From IMG/VR virus record IMGVR_UViG_3300036820_000011, positions 18,853 to 82,852 of that record: a stretch of DNA of 64,000 nt. One strand, written 5' to 3'. The position numbers were made by a program, and so were the translations under genes. The notes under the pieces are model-generated. The model saw only the letters and a program-made list of their open reading frames with translations. It was not told the origin of the DNA and did not search any database. Shown in pieces: positions 27,554 through 36,277 of the stretch (position 1 is its first letter; every line of letters starts with the position of its first letter). This stretch comes from a virus.

Positions 27554-29840
27554 GGCTGGTGCCGTTCACCCGGGGCACCGACGGCTGGAGCACGGTGGAG
27601 ACCATGTGCGTGGTGTCCAGGTAGGGGTTCATGCCGTCGATCCGCAGCAGTCCGAAGGCGTCCAGGTGGCAGACGTACGTGCCCGGCGCGCCGGGCCGGG
27701 CCACAGGCGCGTCGGTGACCACCGCGTGGGTGAACGGGCAGCTGTAGGCGTACTCGGTGCACACCGCCGGGTGCTTGAGGTCCCAGCGGCCGTCAGTCCG
27801 GAAGACCAGCGCGTGCTGGGTGCTGGACTGCTGGGCGCGCAGTTCGGCCGACGCCGTCTTGGACGGCGGCGTACCTCCGGACGGTGGCGGACTGCTGCCT
27901 GCCTGCGGCGGGCCGCCCGGAGGCGCGCCCGCGACCGGCGGCCCCTCGTCCACGGGCTCCGGCTGACCGGGCTCGGGAACGGGCCCGGCGATCTCGGACA
28001 CCGCACCGGGGCCCGCCGTGGCGGGCACCATCAGGTCTTCGCCGATCAGCAGGTCGAACGCTGCCGGGGTCGCCCCGTGGGTGAGCCGGATCATGGACTT
28101 CAGACCCATGTTCTTCAGATCCTCGGTCGTCGGCGCGTCGTCCTCATCGAACCCGGCCTCGCGCCGGTACGCCTTCGGGGACAACTCCATCCGGTCGAAC
28201 GCCTCCATGGCGTTCTGCGACCGGTCGGGGCGCAGGGTCAGCTCCGACATGTCGTACCAGGTCACGATGTCCGTGGCGTCCACGCCGGGCGTGGCCGTCA
28301 GTCGGGGGGTGAGGTAGCCCTTGGTCAGTGAGTCGCAGATGATCTCAGCATAGGGGGCAATATGGACTTTGAGACCACTCTCCTCAACTGCCCATGCGCT
28401 GTTCCCGGTGTAGAAGACGTGGCCGTTGTCCTCAGCCAGCCAGGTGCCGTTCCCCGTGGTGGGGCACCAGACCGTTCCGGTGTACGGCTCACTGGAAATG
28501 ACCGCTGCTGCCAGGTCTCCGTCATCCGCGTTCCACGTCAGCAGATGACGATCAGAAATGTCGTATGCATCACGGAGATCTGCGCTCGTCATCCACGTAC
28601 GCGCACCACTCCGGGTAACCACCGGCCAACGGTGCGCCTCAGTGGACAGGGATTCGTGACCCGGGGTCTTGATCCGCACCATGGTCTCGGCGGTGACATC
28701 CCAGGTGTTGATCGCCTCAAGCGGCTGCCACTCGGACAGTCCGGTGGCGTGGTTGAGCGTCAGTACTGCATCCCCGACCGCGAGATCCTTCCGGTACGCC
28801 CAGCCGGTCTGGGTCCAGATACGGACATGATCCGGCACGCACCAGTGATTCGCATCAGCAAGCCCCAGCATCACGTCCGAGGGAATGTCCAGCTTGGTGG
28901 CCAGACGCCGGATCACCTGGTCCCGCTTCTCCAGGATCTGGTCATCGATCTTGAGTGTGAAATCGATCAGCTTGATGTCGCCGATGAACTCGGCGGGCAC
29001 CCGCAGCGGGATCGGCACGACCGAGGACGCGGTGCCCGGCTTCTTGATCGCGGTGGCAGCGATCTCGATCCACTCGGACATGAACGGGTCCTCCTGGTCC
29101 GCGAACTCCTCGCGCACCGGGAACGTGATCTCGTCCGGGAGGATCAGCACTCCGGCGGAGGCCAGCCGGGACAGGTACTGGGCGGTGATGTGCCGGTTGA
29201 CCAGCTCCAGCTCCTGCATGATCGTCAGTGCGGAGCGGGCCGGGCTGTCGGCCAGGTGGTAGAACCGGGCGTGCGGCTGCCAGACCCGGATCACGGCGGA
29301 ATCGGGGGCCAGGTTGCGCCACTTGTTGCCCAGCAGCGGGTTGTACTCCTCGGTGACCTGGTACTGGCCGCCCATGGCGCGGACCTCGTCCACGGCCCGG
29401 ACCATCCAGTTCTCGGTGCCGTCCGGCTGTGTCTCGCCGATCAGGTAGCACTCGCCCGGGACGGCCAGGTGGACCGTGAGCCGACGCATGATCTCGGACT
29501 TGCCGCCGATCCCCTTGCCCAGTTTCTGGATCAGCTCAGCAGGGAGACCGGTGTCCAGCACGGTGGGCTCGTCGTTGTCCGGTGCGAGCTGCCCGGCGCG
29601 GAGCCGGACCCGGCTCATCATGTTCGCCAGCCAGGTCACGGCGTAGTTGAACTCGCCCAGGGTGTCGTAGTAGCCCCAGCACTCGTTCTGCCAGCGGTCG
29701 GTGTGCCGCAGGTACTGCGCGAGCGGTGCCTCGGCCGGAACGGCGGCGGCCGTGAGCGACCTGGCCCGGAAGGCGGCAGGTACCGCTGGTCCGGCCGGGG
29801 CGGGCAGCGTGCGGTTGAACTTGAAGTTGTACCAAGCCAC
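27546..29840 (-). CDS. portal protein, intein-containing
   Basis: WQ.E.W.YYD.LGE, HL.VPGE.YL, ADSP.RS.L..L.EL, SRLASAGVL, RLA..LD.P...LG...NHW|SAW. Confidence 0.9.
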   Translation of the reverse strand: MAWYNFKFNRTLPAPAGPAVPAAFRARSLTAAAVPAEAPLAQYLRHTDRWQNECWGYYDTLGEFNYAVTWLANMMSRVRLRAGQLAPDNDEPTVLDTGLPAELIQKLGKGIGGKSEIMRRLTVHLAVPGECYLIGETQPDGTENWMVRAVDEVRAMGGQYQVTEEYNPLLGNKWRNLAPDSAVIRVWQPHARFYHLADSPARSALTIMQELELVNRHITAQYLSRLASAGVLILPDEITFPVREEFADQEDPFMSEWIEIAATAIKKPGTASSVVPIPLRVPAEFIGDIKLIDFTLKIDDQILEKRDQVIRRLATKLDIPSDVMLGLADANHWCVPDHVRIWTQTGWAYRKDLAVGDAVLTLNHATGLSEWQPLEAINTWDVTAETMVRIKTPGHESLSTEAHRWPVVTRSGARTWMTSADLRDAYDISDRHLLTWNADDGDLAAAVISSEPYTGTVWCPTTGNGTWLAEDNGHVFYTGNSAWAVEESGLKVHIAPYAEIICDSLTKGYLTPRLTATPGVDATDIVTWYDMSELTLRPDRSQNAMEAFDRMELSPKAYRREAGFDEDDAPTTEDLKNMGLKSMIRLTHGATPAAFDLLIGEDLMVPATAGPGAVSEIAGPVPEPGQPEPVDEGPPVAGAPPGGPPQAGSSPPPSGGTPPSKTASAELRAQQSSTQHALVFRTDGRWDLKHPAVCTEYAYSCPFTHAVVTDAPVARPGAPGTYVCHLDAFGLLRIDGMNPYLDTTHMVSTVLQPSVPRVNGTSHA
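28401..28841 (-). mobile_element. mini-intein (147 aa) in portal
   Basis: NHW/CVPDHVRIWTQTGW...STEAHRW...VWCPTTGNGTW...FYTGN/SAW. Confidence 0.88.
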
Positions 29841-29913
29841 GGTGTACGCCTCCCTGCCTGTCGGCTGGGAGCAGCGTACCGTCTGGCAGCCCGGCAGCAT
29901 CCCGGGAAGGCCG

Positions 29914-30189
29914 TCAGTGCGGCAGGATCAGCCCGTTCATCTCGCTGATCTTCTTACTGATCACGTCCCGCCAGTTCATCGCGTCGTCCTTGGCCAGCGG
30001 GACCGACAGCGTGGTGTTGGCCACCCGGAAGGTCAGCATCAGCCGCTGGCCCTTGGGGCTGTCCACCAGCTCGGCGTCCAGCATGGCCGGGTAGTCGCTG
30101 ATGTAGGGGTTGCTCGGGTCCATCAGGAAGTGCGGGGCCTGCGGCGGGGCGGGCACCGCCTGCGGCGGCATACCGTTCGGCGGCGTCAT
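29914..30189 (-). CDS. hypothetical protein
   Basis: In-operon ATGA overlap. Confidence 0.65.
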   Translation of the reverse strand: MTPPNGMPPQAVPAPPQAPHFLMDPSNPYISDYPAMLDAELVDSPKGQRLMLTFRVANTTLSVPLAKDDAMNWRDVISKKISEMNGLILPH

Positions 30190-30782
30190 CGGGCCAGCAC
30201 CACCTGGAACAGGCCCACCTGCTCATGGCGCTCGATCTCCCAGCCCGCTCTGCTGATCATGTTCGCGTACCCCTCCGTGTCCCACGCCCAGGCGTGCTCC
30301 GGGCAGTGGTTGCCCGGTCCCTCGTTCCAGGGGCTGGAGCAGACCAGCCGCTGCGCCCCTGCCGCTCTGGCCCAGCCGAGTGCGGTCAGCGGTTCGGCGA
30401 TGTGCTCCAGCACCTCGGTCATGACCACGATGTCCCCGAGCACCGACCGCTGGCGGTCGGCCCCGAAGACGTCGCGCTGCCAGGCCCGGACACCGCGCTC
30501 CTTCCAGCCCGCCGCGTTCGTCGGCTGGAAGTCGTACCCCCAGGCGTCCAGACCCGGCAGGCCCTGCACCAGCGACAGCAGGCCGCCGTCACCGCAGCCC
30601 AGGTCGGACAGCGTCGCCAAGTTGTCCAGCTCGGCGAACGCCTGCCGGATGAAGTCGGCGGCCCGCTCCAGCCGGGGACGGTGGCCCTCCTGCTCCAGGT
30701 GCGGAGCCCTGGGCCGGTCGGCGTGGAAGGCGGCCGTCGAGACGTACGGCACGTCCTCGGTGGTCAGTCGGTGCTCGGTCAC
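30186..30782 (-). CDS. class I SAM-dependent methyltransferase
   Basis: DLGCGDG motif I, GYD motif II, VVMTEVLEH. Confidence 0.85.
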   Translation of the reverse strand: MTEHRLTTEDVPYVSTAAFHADRPRAPHLEQEGHRPRLERAADFIRQAFAELDNLATLSDLGCGDGGLLSLVQGLPGLDAWGYDFQPTNAAGWKERGVRAWQRDVFGADRQRSVLGDIVVMTEVLEHIAEPLTALGWARAAGAQRLVCSSPWNEGPGNHCPEHAWAWDTEGYANMISRAGWEIERHEQVGLFQVVLAR

Positions 30783-30979
30783 GGGGCACGGTCCTCTATC
30801 GGGTCGGGCACGCCGCCGGGGCAGTCGGCGGGGCCCTTGGCGGTGTTGCGCCGGTGCGGCTGCACCCGGAATCCGGCGGTGCCGACCATGCGGCTGCCGA
30901 TCCGGCGCACCTCGTGGCAGCTCGGGCAGTAGTAGCGGGGCACGCTCTCCCAGCGCCGCCGGGCCCTGGTGTCGGACAT
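30779..30979 (-). CDS. small Cys/His protein
   Basis: CPSC...H...CPG; start uncertain. Confidence 0.45.
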   Translation of the reverse strand: MSDTRARRRWESVPRYYCPSCHEVRRIGSRMVGTAGFRVQPHRRNTAKGPADCPGGVPDPIEDRAP

Positions 30980-31004
30980 CGACGGCGGATTGTTGGCGGT
31001 GTCC

Positions 31005-31526
31005 TCAAGCAGACTGGGCACGGGTCTGCTCCTGCTGGTCGTAGAGCTTGTGAAGATCACCAGGTGTGATCGACCCCACCCACCGGTTGTCGGTGAACAG
31101 GTGCCAGCCTCCGGCCTGGGCGGCGGCGTCGGCCAACTGGCTGCAGATCATGTGTCCCGTGCTGGCGATGTACGCCTTGAGCTGCGGATACGGGATGTGC
31201 ACCCGGTGCGCGGCGATGGCGGCGTAGTCCAGGAAGCTGTACGGCGTGCCCAGATAGGTGATCGCGGCAGCGGCCACCGCCGGGCCGAACTCCGGCGGGC
31301 AGCGCAGCCACTCGATCGTGTCCGTGGCGTACTCCCGGATGTCCGCCTTCCGTGCACCGCCCGGCTCGGCCTCGATCAGCAGGCCACTGCCGATGAAGAC
31401 GAAAGCGTGCTCGTAGTCGGCGAAGCCGTCCCCGTTGAGCCACTGCCCGAACCGGATGCCGAAGCCGACCTCTCCGCCGATCTGAGTCAGCCCGATGTCC
31501 CCGGGCTGCGGGATGTAAGGGCTCAT
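31005..31526 (-). CDS. permuted papain-like (NlpC/P60 superfamily) amidase
   Basis: PGD.GL, HAFV, IEAEPGG, GTPYSFLDY, ICSQL.D, TPGDL. Confidence 0.8.
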   Translation of the reverse strand: MSPYIPQPGDIGLTQIGGEVGFGIRFGQWLNGDGFADYEHAFVFIGSGLLIEAEPGGARKADIREYATDTIEWLRCPPEFGPAVAAAAITYLGTPYSFLDYAAIAAHRVHIPYPQLKAYIASTGHMICSQLADAAAQAGGWHLFTDNRWVGSITPGDLHKLYDQQEQTRAQSA

Positions 31527-31527
31527 A

Positions 31528-31773
31528 TCACAGGTCTGCCGGGTCGATCACACCGAGAACCAGGGCCAGCTTTCCGAGCAGCACGGTGGCGTCCGCTTCG
31601 GTCATCGTGCCGGATGTGGCGAACACCGGCGAGGCAAAGCCTCCCGCAGCTGCGGTGTCCGGGATGTTCCCCTGAACCACGTAGTACGTGCCGTCGTTCG
31701 GATTGGCCGCCACATACAGGCTGAGCAGGGTGCCCGTGTTGATCGGGGTACCGTTCCAATCCTTGAACCACAT
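31528..31773 (-). CDS. hypothetical protein
   Basis: AAGGAG RBS, ATG at 31773. Confidence 0.55.
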   Translation of the reverse strand: MWFKDWNGTPINTGTLLSLYVAANPNDGTYYVVQGNIPDTAAAGGFASPVFATSGTMTEADATVLLGKLALVLGVIDPADL

Positions 31774-31849
31774 AGCGCTCTCCTTCGAGTCGGTCATGCC
31801 ATCTTCCTCGATCCGATCGGTACGGCTCCGGCCCACACGGCGAAACCGC

Positions 31850-31981
31850 TCACGACCCGGCCCCCGTGGTCCCGGACCGGCGCGCTGCCTTGCGCAGACG
31901 GCGTGCCTGCGCCGGGGTCGGCCGGAACTCCTCCTGGCGGTTCTGCCTGTGGTAGGCGCTGACGCGCGCTGCCGTGGTCAT
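31850..31981 (-). CDS. small basic protein (TPAQARRLRK)
   Basis: 43-codon ORF read by eye, below the ORF-track cutoff. Confidence 0.35.
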   Translation of the reverse strand: MTTAARVSAYHRQNRQEEFRPTPAQARRLRKAARRSGTTGAGS

Positions 31982-32112
31982 CTTTTTCGGTACCCTGCTC
32001 ACTCTCGCTCCTTCTCTCGACATCGGCAGGGAGGCGGCTTGCGCACGTCACGGCTGTCCGTCGGCCTGTCCCCTGCACGGAGGGGCGGATATCGACGGAG
32101 GTGCCGTTCAGC

Positions 32113-32529
32113 TCACGCGCCCGTCCTCCATGACGCCAGCAGTGCCGCAGCCCCCCACACGGCGGGTCCCGCCAGCCAGGGTGCGGGCAGACTGGTGGTC
32201 AGTGCGGTGGCGGCCGTCACGGCTCCGGCGAGCCATCCGGATGTGCACCACGGACAGGTAATCAGTTCGGCGAGCCAGTGCGGTGACCAGGCCGCCCGGA
32301 CCACGAACCGGTTCTCCACCTTGTTGATGTCCCGGTGGGCGAACGGCTCCGGCGCACCCGCGTCCCTCGGCTTCGCCAGGAGCAGCCACTCCGGTTCCGT
32401 CATCGGACGCCAGCCCCCGGCCAGGTGATCGCGTAGCGCGAGCACGGGCGGGAAGTCGTCCGTGGTGACCAAGCGGGTCAGCCGGAAGACCGTGAACACC
32501 ATCAGGACCAGCAGGAGCCATGCGGGCAT
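32113..32529 (-). CDS. DUF1360-like membrane protein
   Basis: FRLTRLVT.D....LR...ELITCPWC.S.W. Confidence 0.75.
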   Translation of the reverse strand: MPAWLLLVLMVFTVFRLTRLVTTDDFPPVLALRDHLAGGWRPMTEPEWLLLAKPRDAGAPEPFAHRDINKVENRFVVRAAWSPHWLAELITCPWCTSGWLAGAVTAATALTTSLPAPWLAGPAVWGAAALLASWRTGA

Positions 32530-32711
32530 CAGTGCTTCGGCCTCCAGCGCATGGAGCCCGGAGGGGTCTCGTTCCGCAGATGGGTGCCGTGCTCCCGGTT
32601 CCAGCGGGCCAGTTCCTGCTCGGCGATGTGCCAGTCGGAGGGCACGACCTCGGTCCAGGCATCGGGAGTGGGCCGCAGCGCCTTCCGCATCCGGTCCCAG
32701 AACCTGATCAC
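32529..32711 (-). CDS. hypothetical protein
   Basis: Coupled overlaps on both sides. Confidence 0.5.
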   Translation of the reverse strand: MIRFWDRMRKALRPTPDAWTEVVPSDWHIAEQELARWNREHGTHLRNETPPGSMRWRPKH

Positions 32712-33049
32712 TGGCCGCTCTTGGCGGTCGGCGTGACACCGTGGCGGGTGATCAGCATCAGGACGGCGAGGACCAGCATGTTGACCGCGCCCACCGTGGC
32801 GGTGCTCACGTGCAGGTTGAACGCGGCCACCAGGTCGGCGACGGCTGTCACCAGTCCGGTGAAGGCGGCCGGGGCGATCGGCCTGGTGGCGACGGCAGCG
32901 ACCACGGCGAAGACAGCGGTGATCACTGCGGTGATCGCACCCGCCTTGTCGGTGGTGAGATGGAACGCACCCAGGGTGACCAGCAGTCCGAGTGCAGAGC
33001 TGATGACCGTGGTGAGCAGGACGGGCTCGTCGCCCAGGTTCAGCCGCAT
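32708..33049 (-). CDS. holin-like membrane protein
   Basis: EPV start, about 4 hydrophobic segments, R..VTP end; AAGGA RBS. Confidence 0.6.
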   Translation of the reverse strand: MRLNLGDEPVLLTTVISSALGLLVTLGAFHLTTDKAGAITAVITAVFAVVAAVATRPIAPAAFTGLVTAVADLVAAFNLHVSTATVGAVNMLVLAVLMLITRHGVTPTAKSGQ

Positions 33050-33079
33050 GGAGTTCCTTCGATCGACGGAATGTCCCGG

Positions 33080-34936
33080 TCAGAGTATGACACTGCGCAG
33101 GTTCACTTCACCGATCTGCCGCGAGGCCGCCTCACCGCCGCCGAGACGGCCCATGCCCGCCGACGTGGTGTGCGCCAGTTTCAGTGCCCATGCTGCCCAG
33201 ACACTGTTGTGCACCAGAATCCCGTTGGCGAAGAACTCCGGCACTTCCTCCACCGTCAGGTCATAGACCGGCTGCCTTGTTCCGAGCGCGCAGATACGCT
33301 CCACAGGAGCTGGAGCAAGTAGCGGGTACCGGTCTGAAGGTGATGCCGTTGGAGACAACTGACTCAATTCCGGGTGCCATGCCCCCGGGCTGTCGCCCCA
33401 GACTATTGCGTCCAGTCTTACGAACCCCTTTCCGAGCACCCATACCCGGTGGTTGGCCGTCCCGGTGAGAGACCCGCCCGGGGTGTCCACCCGGAGGACT
33501 TCAGCGCTGGGCGACGTCATCCAGGAGCGCAGGACGCACCGCCATCCCTGCCGTGTCATCACCTGGTCGTCCGTGGTCACCGCTTCGATCGGGACTTGCC
33601 CTCGGCGAGTGGTGACCAGAGTCCCCGCTACCAGGCAGGCGTCCACACGGTCCGGGCTCCAGTTGAGTTCCGGATGCCAAGTGACCATCTGGTCCTCCAG
33701 CGCCTCGAAGGTGCCCGCGTGGTGCCAGCGGCCCTGGGCCGTCATCGCGCTGACCGGCTGCGCCCGGATCACCTTGCCCCGGGACGCGGTGACCTTGCGC
33801 ACCGGGATGCTGACGCCCAGCGCCTCGGCTGCGGATCTCAGTGTTGACACGCACATATCACCTCCGAAGTTCACCTCGCAGACCACCTCGTGCGCCTGCC
33901 AGTCGACAGCAGCCTGGATAGCCCGCTTGCCCCAGCCGTCCGGAGACAGGTGGCAGGTGCGATCGTCCAGGACGTAGCCCTGGTGCTGCGGGCGGGTCGA
34001 CACCGGCAGGTCGATGTCCGGGTCCACCGGCATGGCAGAGGACGGGAGCAGCAGTTTCGACCGACCGGCGACCACGATGCCCTGCTCGCCCGCACCGCCG
34101 GACGGGTCGACACCGACCACGATCCGGCTGAGGTCCGGCAGACCGGCAGCAGGCACCCGGGCCGCGTCGATCGTGGCCATCTTCCACAGGGCGTTGACGT
34201 CCTCGCCGATCAGCTGGCCCATGAGTTCCTGGCGGCCGAGCTGGGTCCCGCCGTAGGCGTCCTCCAGTGCCTCGCGGACCTCCAGCGGCAGGTGCGGGTT
34301 GTCGTAGGTGGACGCCCGGGTGACGACCGTGTTCGGGATCTCGCCGCGTTCCAGCCGCTTGATCAGCGGACGGGACTTCGGAGTGGTCGACGCCACCCAG
34401 TGCGGATGCGGTCCCGTACGCAACCCGAATCGCATGTGGTCCCAGCAGTCATCCAAATACCTCCAGGCTGCTAGCTCCTCAAGCCAATTCAAGCATCGAT
34501 TTCCGCCACTCCTTAGTCGTTCTACATCTTCCGGGTTATTCGTACCGAACAGCTTCGCCTCACTGCCGTTGGGCCACAGGATCGACAGCCCGCCGGGGCG
34601 CTGCACCATCCGGGCGTCGGGGGAGTGCACCCGGATGCCGGACGGCCCGGAGAAGCAGGACGTGGCCGCGTCACCGAGGGTCGGTGCGATGATCCCGATC
34701 CAGTGCGGGACAGGGCCGGGCAGGCAGGGCGGTCCCTTGACGTGCTGGGAGATGTAGTTGGCGCATACATCAGTTTTTCCAGCCCCCCGGCCTGCAAGGG
34801 TTACCCAGCCAGCGAAGCCGGGCGGTGGCGGGACCTGGTGCGGCAGCGGTGTCCAGCGCGGCGACGACAGCTGGCTGATCTGCTGCGCCAGCTTGTCCGC
34901 TGCCTTGGCCGCTACCTCCTGCGGACCGCCCGCCAT
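33080..34936 (-). CDS. terL: terminase large subunit, intein-containing
   Basis: Walker A AGRGAGKT, WLEELAAW, STTPK, STYDNPHL, VGVDP, EVNFGG, SPDRVDA|SVWA. Confidence 0.93.
   Translation of the reverse strand: MAGGPQEVAAKAADKLAQQISQLSSPRWTPLPHQVPPPPGFAGWVTLAGRGAGKTDVCANYISQHVKGPPCLPGPVPHWIGIIAPTLGDAATSCFSGPSGIRVHSPDARMVQRPGGLSILWPNGSEAKLFGTNNPEDVERLRSGGNRCLNWLEELAAWRYLDDCWDHMRFGLRTGPHPHWVASTTPKSRPLIKRLERGEIPNTVVTRASTYDNPHLPLEVREALEDAYGGTQLGRQELMGQLIGEDVNALWKMATIDAARVPAAGLPDLSRIVVGVDPSGGAGEQGIVVAGRSKLLLPSSAMPVDPDIDLPVSTRPQHQGYVLDDRTCHLSPDGWGKRAIQAAVDWQAHEVVCEVNFGGDMCVSTLRSAAEALGVSIPVRKVTASRGKVIRAQPVSAMTAQGRWHHAGTFEALEDQMVTWHPELNWSPDRVDACLVAGTLVTTRRGQVPIEAVTTDDQVMTRQGWRCVLRSWMTSPSAEVLRVDTPGGSLTGTANHRVWVLGKGFVRLDAIVWGDSPGAWHPELSQLSPTASPSDRYPLLAPAPVERICALGTRQPVYDLTVEEVPEFFANGILVHNSVWAAWALKLAHTTSAGMGRLGGGEAASRQIGEVNLRSVIL
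33206..33637 (-). mobile_element. mini-intein (144 aa) in terminase nuclease domain
   Basis: RVDA/CLVAGTLVTTRRG...GTANHRV...VYDLTVE..PEFFANGILVHN/S. Confidence 0.9.
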
Positions 34937-34938
34937 GG

Positions 34939-35994
34939 CTAGGCAGCCGCCCAGACCCGGGCGTAGTCCACCAGCATGGTCGTCGGCGTGACGTGCGGTC
35001 CGCCGTAGGTGCCCGAGGTGTTGTTCAAGATCATAAACATCGGGGCGTCGGTGATGCCCTGGGACACATTGCCGACCTTGACGCCGTCGTACCAGTAGTC
35101 GACGTTGCCCTCGGTCCAGTGGGCCGCGAACGTGTGCCAGCCGCTGCCGGTGTTCGAGCAGTTGCCGCTGGCACCGTTGTCCTGCGGGGACTGGAAGTGA
35201 CAGCCGGTACCGCCGGACAGCCCCTCCATGACGTCCATCTCGCCAGTGGCTGGCCAGGCTCCGAGCCCGTCACACCAGGCCGCAGGCCAGTTGTAGACCG
35301 TCTCACCGCTGCCGGGCAGGAACACCCGGAATTCGACCACGCCGTAGGTGAAGGAGAACTGCTTGGACGACTCGACCAGCGCGCCGTACGCGGAGGTGAG
35401 AACCAGGTTCAGGCTGCCGCCGGACACCGAGACGTTCTTGGAGTCGTAGCCCTGGTCCTCCGCACCGTTGACGGGCCCGGTGAACTCGTTGCTCGACAGC
35501 CAGCCGTTGTTCCACTTGGTGGTGTCCAGCGCGGTGCCGTCGAACTCGTCACTGAAGACCAGGTCCCAGATGCCCGGGATGCCGGTCGGCACCGGGTTGT
35601 CCGGCACCGGCGGAGTAGGCGTCGGCGGCACTGGTACGGGCGGCACCGGCGGCACAGGCGGCGTGACGGACGCCGGAGTGACCACCAGGGTCCCGGACGG
35701 CTGCGGATGCCAGGTGCCGTTGATCTCGTACGAGCCGAAGATCTCATAGACCCCGGTCGGGAGCGACCGCATCCCGGACAGGTAGGTGGTCCCGGCCGGA
35801 ATGATTGTAGCGGCGACCGCACCCGGGAAATCGAAGTTGTTCCCCAGGGCGTCCCGCACCGCGACTGTGACCCGGTCGGCGTGCAGGGAGGCCGTGGCCG
35901 ACAGCCGCAGCATGGCCTGGGCCTGGACTCCGGCGGTCATGGCGGCGGGGCCGACGCTGTCCTGGGTGACGATGACAGGCGTGCTGCGTGACAT
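34939..35994 (-). CDS. glycoside hydrolase family 16 with N-terminal Ig-like domain and Pro-rich linker
   Basis: WDLVFSDEFDG, WPAAW, catalytic GEMDVMEG, WHTF...W, MLVDYARVW. Confidence 0.85.
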   Translation of the reverse strand: MSRSTPVIVTQDSVGPAAMTAGVQAQAMLRLSATASLHADRVTVAVRDALGNNFDFPGAVAATIIPAGTTYLSGMRSLPTGVYEIFGSYEINGTWHPQPSGTLVVTPASVTPPVPPVPPVPVPPTPTPPVPDNPVPTGIPGIWDLVFSDEFDGTALDTTKWNNGWLSSNEFTGPVNGAEDQGYDSKNVSVSGGSLNLVLTSAYGALVESSKQFSFTYGVVEFRVFLPGSGETVYNWPAAWCDGLGAWPATGEMDVMEGLSGGTGCHFQSPQDNGASGNCSNTGSGWHTFAAHWTEGNVDYWYDGVKVGNVSQGITDAPMFMILNNTSGTYGGPHVTPTTMLVDYARVWAAA

Positions 35995-36010
35995 GGCGCT
36001 CCGATCCAGC

Positions 36011-36277
36011 TCAGGTATGCATCGTGATCGTGGTCTTACCGATGTTCCGGTGCTTCAGTGCCTTGGTCTTGTGCGGCCGGTGGCGACCGGCAGCGGCACG
36101 GGCATCCATCGCCTTGATCTCGGCCCGCCTCGCCAGGACGGCCTTGCTCGGCGGCTTCCGCTTACGCGGCTTCTCGTGCCTCTTGACCTTGTGCGTGGCC
36201 TTGGGCTTGGCCGTGATCTTTTTGACCTTGTGGTGCTTGACGGCCTTCCGTTTCTTGGCAGGCTTCCGAACGGTCAC
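36011..36277 (-). CDS. highly basic Lys/His/Arg-rich protein
   Basis: GGAGG RBS, GTGA overlap; histone-H1-like composition. Confidence 0.55.
   Translation of the reverse strand: MTVRKPAKKRKAVKHHKVKKITAKPKATHKVKRHEKPRKRKPPSKAVLARRAEIKAMDARAAAGRHRPHKTKALKHRNIGKTTITMHT

Noticed and set aside
24689-27718. 1009-aa plus-strand ORF (also 22164-24185, 28362-29948, 45446-47443, 49802-52330)
   Set aside because: Antisense shadows of well-supported minus-strand genes, expected in high-GC DNA; no motifs
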